Source: Trypanosoma brucei (Eukaryota). From it: 64,000 nucleotides of DNA. This document shows, piece by piece, positions 56,270-64,000 of the stretch (position 1 is the stretch's first letter; each line of letters opens with the position of its first letter). The position numbers and the translations under genes are program-made. The notes beneath the pieces were generated by a model. The model saw nothing but the letters and a program-made list of their open reading frames with translations. It was not told where the DNA came from and ran no database searches. Location of the stretch: assembly GCA_000002445.1 (NCBI GenBank), contig CM000207.1, positions 2,336,001 to 2,400,000 on the forward strand. The letters run 5' to 3'.

Positions 56270-57446
56270 GAGGTTGCAACTCCATGAATTGTGATCCCAA
56301 CCATTCCACTTGTCTCCACACAGTTATGTGCACATACAAGTGAGGCAGCAAACATCCTTTCATATTAACCTTATTTTCTATCGATAATTATATATTTTTT
56401 AAAATTTCCTTTATATTTTCACTTTTATTATTCTTTTTACTTTACTTTACTTTTCCTTTACTGTGTTATCTTTCGAATATCTGTTGTAGCTTTTGTCCTT
56501 TATTTTCTTAATTTTTTTTAATTGTCGGGAAAGTCTCGTAATTAATAAAAATAAGTTTTTTATTACCTTTTTTTTTAATTATTTTATTCATGTATTGCAC
56601 TGAGGTGATTGCGTGTAAGCATGGCCACCTATGCGTTACCATTGTAAAACCGTTTTGCTAAAATCTATCATTTCTACGCATCCATAATGTCCTATTGTAT
56701 GCGTAAAGCTAACTGATTCTGAGGGTTTTTATTTTATCATGAAGCAAAACTGTTACACTGTGGGTTTACCTTCACATATCTCTCTCCCATTACTCATTAC
56801 ACTTATTTTATGTTGTATTCTCTCCCTTTTTATTTCATATCTCTATATTTTATGTTACTGTCAGTAGGTTGTATCGTAATAGTGTAGGATACCCTAAATG
56901 CTCAATACATGTGCTCTTACTGATTCCATCAGATATTGATATTATCGTGTCTAATGAAATGACTATTGGAAGTTTGGGTGTGTGCTATTGCATTGCCTCT
57001 CTGCTTTGTAATTATAATATTTGATTTGTTCTTGCATCGTGTTATGTTTTTATGTTTCTTTTTTGTTTATAGGATAGTATTATTTTTTGTTATGATGTTG
57101 AAATTTCGTACTTCAAAAAAAATATTAGTGGTGTAATATCCTTTCCTTTGTCGGTTATTTAGTTTTTCTCTTGACACCTTGTTTCTATTGTTATTGACCT
57201 TTTTTTCCCCCATTCTTTTAATCATTTACTTTCTTCTTTTTTAATATATGTGTACTTTATAGTTTCTTTATGTTCTAATATTGCTTGTTCGTGTTATTGT
57301 GTTGGTGCGAAAATAATTCATTTTTTTTTTTGTCGTTGTTTCATATATCCTTGTGCATATTTTTCTTTGGCTTCTCTTTTGTAGTAATAAGTGTGGAAGG
57401 TGGAGGGCGGAGGGAACGAGTGAGTTTTAATACAAATTAGTCGTAG

Positions 57447-58487
57447 ATGCACTCATGTTGGATTGGTTCGCTGTTACTACTAGTGGGACTTATGTTTTTT
57501 AGTATTGTTTGCCGAGCAAATGGAACGGAAGTGAAGCCGCTGGAAGAAAGTGCAGAGGATATTTGTGCGGCCATGAAGTCCCTTAATACCGTAAATAACA
57601 CTGTACAAAATATTATTACCACCATACGCAATCACAAGGCGAAATTGATACGCTATCTCCAGGATGTAGAGACGGCATTTGAAAGGACGAGTAGCGCAGC
57701 CGCTGCAGCGAAACAATACGGGGGAACCTTCCGAACTGCGTCGGTGGCATCAAAAATTGCGAATGACGCAATGTCCAACTCCACGCGGGCCATGTTGGAT
57801 GCTGAAACGAGTCACAACACGACTCTTATTATTGAGGCGGCGGCGAATATTGAAGCACAGAGCGCGAGAGACAACGCAACTGCCGCCGCTGTGGCACTTC
57901 AGGCGATATGGAAAACGACAGTTGGCACTGCCAGACTTCAAGCGAACCATACGGATTGTGTGTATACACCAGCTGATCAGATGTTGACGTCCCAGAAGCT
58001 GAATGAGCACAAAGAGAAGCTGGTGGTAACAGATAGCAAATATAATGATGAACACAAGGAGTTGAAGGAGCTTTGGGCGCGGAGTTATCTGAAGCTCTTC
58101 CTCCCGCTCGACCAGCTCCATATGTTATTGCAAAAGTTGGAATGGGATGTTGCCACAACGTCAGAGATGGAAACCACTGCAGAAAAGGCAGCTGATGCAG
58201 CAGTAGCGGCGCAAGAGGATGTTGAGAAGGCGGCAGAGTTGGCGGCGGAGAGTGCGACAGAATCTGTACGGGCAAAACGATACTCTGATCGTGTCGCAAG
58301 AGGGAATATGAAATTTAAAACCATCGCAGGATTTCATGAGGAACCTCTACCCGAGGTCGTCCCTCGTCCCGGGGCAAAGGCATCTGCCGCGTCCGATCCA
58401 TTGGAAAATGAAGACGGCGCTTTTTATGTGTCCAGGGGAATAATGCCGCTCAGTCAAGCTTTTTTCGTAATTGCGTTTACCATATAA
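57447..58487 (+). CDS. Distinct alanine-rich, N-glycosylation-site-rich predicted GPI-anchored surface protein (346 aa), not a member of the array consensus
   Basis: N-terminal signal peptide MHSCWIGSLLLLVGLMFFSIVCRANG. The body is alanine-rich and predicted helical (SSAAAAAKQYGG, AAANIEAQSARDNATAAAVALQAIW, AEKAADAAVAAQEDVEKAAELAAESATE). At least 7 N-x-S/T sequons. The short C-terminal hydrophobic tail (IMPLSQAFFVIAFTI) is typical of a GPI-attachment signal. It sits between the BARP array and the adenylate cyclase. Confidence 0.65.
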   Translation: MHSCWIGSLLLLVGLMFFSIVCRANGTEVKPLEESAEDICAAMKSLNTVNNTVQNIITTIRNHKAKLIRYLQDVETAFERTSSAAAAAKQYGGTFRTASVASKIANDAMSNSTRAMLDAETSHNTTLIIEAAANIEAQSARDNATAAAVALQAIWKTTVGTARLQANHTDCVYTPADQMLTSQKLNEHKEKLVVTDSKYNDEHKELKELWARSYLKLFLPLDQLHMLLQKLEWDVATTSEMETTAEKAADAAVAAQEDVEKAAELAAESATESVRAKRYSDRVARGNMKFKTIAGFHEEPLPEVVPRPGAKASAASDPLENEDGAFYVSRGIMPLSQAFFVIAFTI

Positions 58488-60010
58488 CCGCGATTGGCAA
58501 ACTCGAAGCATAGATATATTTTAATTTCCATTCATGGATGCATATGGACCCGTTCGCAAAATGCTGTGAGGCGGTTTTGCCGAATCTTCACTCTCTGCCT
58601 GTTCGTGTGTTGCTCGAGTGAGCCATTCAGTTCTACGTCTGTTGCGCTTGCTTTTGGTTTGGGTTTTGGATTGGTGGTATAGAATGTTGTGTTGTTAAGG
58701 TTGTTCGTTTTGTTGGTGTCTTTGCTTTGTCTTGCTTCGCTTGTCCCTCTTCCACACCAATTCTTGAAGCGGTTGTGTGTATAAAGGAGGAAGGAGACAG
58801 TTGGGTGTTTGAATTTTCCGACCCCGCACATTGGTCGAATGGCTAGCATGTTTCATTCTTTCGCAGTTCGATGCATATTCCCATATAGATATATTTTTAA
58901 TATACCAACTTGTGTGTTTGTGAGTGATTTTTTTTGTTTTGCTTTTGCTTTTGTTCACTCGCGTTTGCGTCCTCATAGTTGGTAATATCGGTGGGCCTTG
59001 CCATTCACTTCTTCCCTCATTAGACGATTGGTTATCAGGTAGAAGCTATGCTCCATCCTCTTCCCCCTCCCCTCTGTGTGCTTTAAAATAATTCGAAAGT
59101 TCATCGATTTATCACACATTTCTCGAAGGGAACTCGTCTTTGCTTCACTCTGTTCAACAATACAACAATTTTTGTCGGAACAGAAACTCATTATTGCTTT
59201 TCGCTTTACCCTTCATTATTTATAGATGCGCAATGACAAATAAACAAGATTTATGTAGTTAAACATAGTGGGCACCTTTCACTCACAAGCACTCATGCGT
59301 GAGAGTAAATTATAAAAGAAAGATGTTGTCATTTGATGGATTTAAATCTTGTCTGGTCGTGAAAACGTGAAAGAATTCACGCAACTTTGCATTCCTTTGC
59401 AGTCGCTTTTTATCGCTGACGGCGCGCATTCTTTACTTTGTGGTCGCTTCTGTTTCATGCCGATTAGTCTGGTGAACAAATGGAAGTGCTATGCCCGAAT
59501 TTATTAACATAATAATTATTGACTATATGATGCACCGTGATAGGGTTGTGTCGCATTCGGTATTGTTGGATATGAAATGAATTTTTGAACTTGACCACGT
59601 GGGTGGGGGTGGGGGGACGCGAAAATATAGTGGCAGTGAGCGCTGCATGGAGCACTTTGGCAGCATTCTGTCGGGTAAGATCTGCATAAACGCGTATACA
59701 TATGCCTGTAAATATACAAATGCGCACGCACGTAATTGGTTTTCGTTAGATGCAATACAAAGTATTTAGCCGCTCACTTGGTTTCACCCTTTTTTGTGTG
59801 CGTGTTTTGCTTTTGATGTCGCTGTCTCTTTTAGTGGGATGCACCTATATATAGATAGATAAAGATATTATGTTTATGTATTGTGTTTTGTTGCTTCATT
59901 ACTTGCGAGACCACGTATAATGTATATAAGCATATACGCAGAGAAGCTGCTTTGGGGAAGGTGACGGATGCTTGGCAAGGTGAATATCTGTTGAAAAACA
60001 AGTGGAAACC

Positions 60011-60047
60011 CCCTGCTTTTATTTCTTTTCTCCTTGTTTCTTGTCGT
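60011..60047 (+). promoter_or_regulatory. Polypyrimidine tract upstream of adenylate cyclase ORF (candidate splice-acceptor signal)
   Basis: cctgcttttatttcttttctccttgtttcttgtcgttg lies about 110 nt upstream of the ATG at 60157, followed by AG dinucleotides. Confidence 0.4.
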
Positions 60048-60156
60048 TGAATAGATTTCTGCAAGTTACCGTTAATATTCGGTGACTGAGGTGTTCAAGA
60101 ACTGCCATTTTTAAAGGAAAAGGAAAGGAAAACGTCGGTGCACAAATATAAACAAC

Positions 60157-63100
60157 ATGAGTTGTTTAAGAAGCATCTCGCTGTCGGTACCTCCGCACGC
60201 CCTTTCGACGTTCAGCAGAACGGGAATGTTATATGTTATGTATGTCTTGCTTCTTCTCATGCCCTATCCGCTGCAAGTGCACGGCGCTCCAGCAAACATC
60301 AACGTTAAGGTTTTACTTTGTACCTGGAACACGCGTGTACCAAAAATTTTCACCACCGCAGTTAACGCTGGTTTCAATGCGTCAATGGAATCACGCAATT
60401 GGACCATAGCCGACAGGGTGAAGGTGCAGGTAGTTCAATCCAGTACGAGTCACAAAACCCCGGAAGAATTTATCAAAGACGAGTTGAGTAAGGAAACAGA
60501 CAAGAGTGGCATCACGATTGTGTTTGGCCCCGTAGGTGACGACACTACGCTGGATTCTATTTCTGAGTTGCAGAAGCACGAGGTGGTTGCGTTCGGTCCC
60601 ATGACTGGATCTGGAGAGGTTCGGCGGTGGGTTCGTGAGCTCTATTTTCTACGCCCAAGCCCAACAATCGAAACCATGGTGCTCATTCGACATGCATTGG
60701 GTCATCTAGGTGTATTGCGACTGGGTTTCATGTATCTGCAGGGCCATCATTATGGAGAGAAAGAGTATGAGGTGGCATTGCGGGTAATGGAAGAAATGGG
60801 CTACCAACTTTGCGGTGTCTTTGTTGTGTTAAATGTTAACGATAAACCCGCACCCGACAAGGAATTCAACGCAGTGTTTGAGCGTTTTGCAGCTACTAAG
60901 CCACAGGCTGTGCTTTTGTTTGGTGCTCCCAAATCCGACACGGGGAGGTTCCTGAGGAAGTTGGTGGCGGACCGACGCACCTCTGGGGCCTACGTCCTCG
61001 CTCCCTCTGGGGCGCAGGTGTTTCTGGAACTTATGTGGAAACGAGTTCTGCTTGACAGTCAAGTCTCCCCCTTCCCCGGGAAGCTGCTCATTGCTGGCAC
61101 CAACCCACTTGCGAAGAACGAACAGTACGTGGCCATAAAACGCTTTCAAGAGGTGATGCGAGAGTATCTGAAGACTCACACCAGCGAAACGGGCATCACG
61201 GACCCGAACTACTTCTTGAAACATGACACAGATGGTGAAATGATGGTGTACGGCTGGGCTGCTGGCGAGGTGCTGTCGCAGGCGCTAAGCGTCCCTGAGT
61301 GGCTCAAGGACAGGACAACATTCATGGACTCGCTGTATAATCAGCGCCGATACGTTATTGCTGACTTTGTAATTGGCGACTTCGGTGGTGATTGCGAAGG
61401 GGAAGCAGCCAAGCAGGGTGCCGTCTGTTATTGCAACCAAGGTGGAAATGTGGTGTACGTGAGAGAGGTTGAGGATGATTTCAGCATGCAAACGCCGAAA
61501 GATGGCACGGTGGGACTGGCCGCACTGCGCTGCAATGCTGACTCGGTAACGCTACATTCCCCATTGAATGGGCTTGTTATTTTCTTTGGTGACAACACAA
61601 TTGCCGTGAAAGCGACCGCGGCGTGGCTTGTTGGCGCCCTCCGCCACGATACCGGGTCACTAGAGTATTCAGGCCAACTCTTTCTGCACGCATTTGGCAC
61701 CACCACATCTGACTCTGCGAAGGCCCTGAAGGAAGAGAAGAAAAAACGAACTGTCACCGCCGTGTTCGGCATTGTGACGAAAGCGCTTATGAAAATGACC
61801 AACACGCTGTTCATTGACCCAATAACAATTGAACCCCAGTTGAACAAGTTCCGGAGGCATGTGATTCACCTCTCCCCAACGGTGGAGCAGCAAATCTACG
61901 TGCTAACACGCTACCTCTCCAACAACAGTGGTAAAGAGGCAAATGCCATTGTTTGCGCTGCAGAAGCGCATGGTATAATGAAGGTTATCCGAAAGTCCTT
62001 GGAAAAGTGGGGAGGTTCGCTGAATATCTCACTGGTGCGCAGGAGGGGTGCCGCGCTTACCGGCCACCTTCCCACCAGCGGGGCAGTGTTTGTTTTCGGT
62101 ATATCTGCCGCTGACGTTGATGTGATTGAGAGGCACCTCGCTGCGCATAGTGAACTTCGTGTGCTTGTCCTTTTCTCCGAGGTGGCATTGCTTTATGAGA
62201 AGTTTGTCACGGCCTTCAACGGCAGCGCCGCGGCCCCTCGCCTCGTGTTTGCCACCAACCTTCCACACTGGTATGACAATGAAACATCGTCACCAACAAT
62301 CCTGAAGTTTCACGCCACAGTGGAGAGCCGAGAAAAGTGGACGCCAATGACACTAATGGGCTTCGTTACCGGGACGCTGATGAGTCTGGCGCTCTTGCGC
62401 GTGGAACGGGTAAACATGAGCACGCTTGCAAACTTCTTCTTCGTTGAATCCTCCGTAAATGTCGACGACATGCGGTATGGCGTCTTTAGCGACTCGGAGT
62501 GTGGTTCGGGGGAAACCGGATATGGCGATATGTGCCGCACCAACTATGGGGCGACGCGCATTAGTGTGTGGTCCATGTCGCGTGTATTTAATGCTTCAAT
62601 CGAGCTGCTCGCCGAGCCCGTGACACCTTCCTTGAAGTTTTTATTGGAGTGGGACGGGCTTACCAGGGCTCAGCTGGTAGGAATCATTGTCGGTTCCACC
62701 CTCTTCGTGATGCTGCTTGCTGCGCTCGGTGTTTTTATGCACATCACCTTACGTGATGCCCGCGATAATGTGAGTGCACCTATGGACCCGACGGACCCCG
62801 TGACGCTCATCTTCACGGATATTGAAAACAGCACGTCGCAGTGGGCCTCACATCCCAATGTCATGGCCGATGCCGTTGCCGCGCATCACTCTCTGATACG
62901 GACACTAATTGGGAACTATGATTGCTACGAAGTGAAGACCATAGGTGACTCTTTCATGATTGCGAGCAAGAGTGCCACGGCGGCAGTGAGGCTTGCCCGC
63001 GATTTGCAGCGCTGCTTTCTAAACTACCGTTGGGGTACGGACAGCATCGACAACTTCTACCGTGCTGAGGAAAAACAAGTGGCTGAGTTGAACAGCAAGG

Positions 63101-63885
63101 CCGAACCCCCGAGCGCCCAACTGGACCCCGAAGTGTACAGGAAACTGTGGAATGGCCTCCGCATCCGTGCTGGGATCCACACCGGGTTGTGTGATATTCG
63201 GTACGACGAGGTGACGAAAGGATATGACTATTACGGTCAAACGGCAAACATGGCTGCCCGCACGGAGAGCATTGCGAATGGTGGACAAGTGCTTCTGACA
63301 CGTGCAACGTACTTCTCTCTAAGTACAGCGGAACGTGAGCAACTTGATGTGACTGCACTTGGTTCCGTGCCACTGCGGGGTGTACCCGAACCCGTGGAAA
63401 TATATCAACTGGATGCTGTTCCTGGGCGAACCTTTGCGCCGCTGCGTCTAGATCACGAGGCATATGTGGCGGATGAGAGCAGTGATGTTTCCCATACGAC
63501 CTTCAACGACTGCATGTCAATTTCCTCTCAACTAGGAGCAGGTGGGGAAAGTGTTTCCAATGTTTTGCACGCCCTACTCGGCACATTCACAATTGTTCAG
63601 CGGCAGAAGGAATTGACGGCAATATGTGAGCGCTGGCGTGTCCCTCTTCCACCCTGGAAGGAAGCCGTGTGGAATGATGAATATTATCAGGAAGCTATAC
63701 ATCGCCTTGCAGTTAAGGTGGGTCACATTGTCGATGTCGCCGCAGTCGAGCGTGTTGGACGCCCTACGGAATCATCGGACAGCTCCTCCGTCATTTTGAT
63801 TTCTAATCCTGCGGTGGATCAATCCACGGAAGATTTGGAAGGCGATGCTTTTGAATGCGGTTGGGAGGAAAAGGGGAAGCAGTAG
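60157..63885 (+). CDS. GRESAG4: Receptor-type adenylate cyclase (GRESAG4-like; ESAG4 family)
   Basis: 1242 aa. Large N-terminal extracellular domain preceded by a hydrophobic signal peptide, single TM helix LVGIIVGSTLFVMLLAALGVFMHI, then a class III cyclase catalytic domain: PVTLIFTDIENSTSQW, VKTIGDSFMIASKS, GIHTGLCDIRYD, YYGQTANMAARTESIANGGQVLLT. This is the canonical trypanosome receptor adenylate cyclase architecture. Confidence 0.9.
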   Translation: MSCLRSISLSVPPHALSTFSRTGMLYVMYVLLLLMPYPLQVHGAPANINVKVLLCTWNTRVPKIFTTAVNAGFNASMESRNWTIADRVKVQVVQSSTSHKTPEEFIKDELSKETDKSGITIVFGPVGDDTTLDSISELQKHEVVAFGPMTGSGEVRRWVRELYFLRPSPTIETMVLIRHALGHLGVLRLGFMYLQGHHYGEKEYEVALRVMEEMGYQLCGVFVVLNVNDKPAPDKEFNAVFERFAATKPQAVLLFGAPKSDTGRFLRKLVADRRTSGAYVLAPSGAQVFLELMWKRVLLDSQVSPFPGKLLIAGTNPLAKNEQYVAIKRFQEVMREYLKTHTSETGITDPNYFLKHDTDGEMMVYGWAAGEVLSQALSVPEWLKDRTTFMDSLYNQRRYVIADFVIGDFGGDCEGEAAKQGAVCYCNQGGNVVYVREVEDDFSMQTPKDGTVGLAALRCNADSVTLHSPLNGLVIFFGDNTIAVKATAAWLVGALRHDTGSLEYSGQLFLHAFGTTTSDSAKALKEEKKKRTVTAVFGIVTKALMKMTNTLFIDPITIEPQLNKFRRHVIHLSPTVEQQIYVLTRYLSNNSGKEANAIVCAAEAHGIMKVIRKSLEKWGGSLNISLVRRRGAALTGHLPTSGAVFVFGISAADVDVIERHLAAHSELRVLVLFSEVALLYEKFVTAFNGSAAAPRLVFATNLPHWYDNETSSPTILKFHATVESREKWTPMTLMGFVTGTLMSLALLRVERVNMSTLANFFFVESSVNVDDMRYGVFSDSECGSGETGYGDMCRTNYGATRISVWSMSRVFNASIELLAEPVTPSLKFLLEWDGLTRAQLVGIIVGSTLFVMLLAALGVFMHITLRDARDNVSAPMDPTDPVTLIFTDIENSTSQWASHPNVMADAVAAHHSLIRTLIGNYDCYEVKTIGDSFMIASKSATAAVRLARDLQRCFLNYRWGTDSIDNFYRAEEKQVAELNSKAEPPSAQLDPEVYRKLWNGLRIRAGIHTGLCDIRYDEVTKGYDYYGQTANMAARTESIANGGQVLLTRATYFSLSTAEREQLDVTALGSVPLRGVPEPVEIYQLDAVPGRTFAPLRLDHEAYVADESSDVSHTTFNDCMSISSQLGAGGESVSNVLHALLGTFTIVQRQKELTAICERWRVPLPPWKEAVWNDEYYQEAIHRLAVKVGHIVDVAAVERVGRPTESSDSSSVILISNPAVDQSTEDLEGDAFECGWEEKGKQ

Positions 63886-64000
63886 TAACAGCAGTAGTGA
63901 ATTGAAGTCGATCAGACAATTGTGAGTGCTGCCGGCAGCACTTGAGGTAAATTAACGTGAGGCGGTTTTTTTTCCTTTCCTCTCTGTTTCTCACGTTTCA

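Larger units (their letters stand above)
31543..57020 (+). repeat. BARP: Head-to-tail tandem array (14 units, period about 1.78–1.94 kb) of alanine-rich GPI-anchor-signal surface protein genes (BARP-like)
   Basis: Fourteen ORFs all begin ATGAGCATCACTTTT(C/T)ATAA and encode MSITF(H/N)NLWLLLTVLCTAGIRA.... Their start spacings are 1901, 1795, 1799, 1891, 1887, 1781, 1852, 1787, 1940, 1796, 1796, 1775 and 1798 bp. The ~1-kb inter-CDS sequence is near-identical between units. The array begins with the conserved upstream element ctcatattgatactattgttgttgctattc at about 31543 and ends where the repeat decays at about 57020. Confidence 0.95.

Noticed and set aside
31790-56363. Recurrent minus-strand ORFs inside and just 3' of every array unit (for example 33691..34101 MRDWAVTLSAALLHTLAASR..., 35528..35818, 32230..32661 MLPHLYVHITVWRQVEWL..., 32474..32665 MFVASPVCAHNCVETSGMVG...)
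   Set aside because: The first class is the reverse complement of Ala-rich GCN-codon coding sequence, which automatically yields stop-free Ser/Ala/Cys-rich antisense frames. The second class lies in the conserved 3' spacer and recurs only because the spacer is repeated. Neither has an independent start or flank context, and their lengths vary with SNPs between units.
31543-57020. Regularly spaced repeats superficially suggestive of a CRISPR-like or satellite array
   Set aside because: The units are 1.8 kb, contain full protein-coding genes with signal peptides, and sit in a eukaryotic (kinetoplastid) context. This is a tandem gene family, not a CRISPR or satellite.
57437-58324. Several minus-strand ORFs (57480..57716, 57750..58121, 57829..58299, 58085..58324) opposite the 346-aa alanine-rich gene
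   Set aside because: They are antisense to GC-rich Ala-codon sequence and mutually overlapping in different frames. The + strand product has a bona fide signal peptide and GPI-like tail, so the minus-strand frames are discounted.

Overview
This window reads as a Trypanosoma brucei-group (African trypanosome) chromosome-internal region. Every convincing gene lies on the + strand, so it looks like one polycistronic unit. Intergenic regions are AT-rich with (TA)n, (CA)n and (GT)n microsatellites and polypyrimidine tracts of the kind used as trans-splice acceptors. I see no introns and no bacterial-type features. The order is: a giant 3048-aa ankyrin-repeat protein; ribosomal protein eL32; a LisH + MINDY-3/4-like (DUF4205) protein whose predicted catalytic Cys is replaced by Asp; a type-II P-type cation ATPase; a kinesin; a 550-aa hypothetical; an ArfGAP with an Asn/Asp/His-rich low-complexity insert; a ~25.5-kb head-to-tail tandem array of 14 alanine-rich GPI-anchor-signal surface protein genes (unit ~1.8 kb, best match BARP, the brucei alanine-rich protein of tsetse-stage epimastigotes and homologue of T. 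congolense GARP); a single different alanine-rich GPI-signal protein gene; and a receptor-type adenylate cyclase (GRESAG4-like). The most interesting feature is the surface-protein array. Its signal peptide, alanine-rich helical core and GPI signal are invariant, whereas two short segments are hypervariable and shuffled between copies in a mosaic, conversion-like way. The ~1-kb intergenic/UTR is more conserved than the coding sequence. One copy (copy 9) carries an ancient divergent C-terminal half, and a distinct alanine-rich GPI-signal gene sits just downstream. Naming calls rest on motifs I recognise from memory; no database search was possible.
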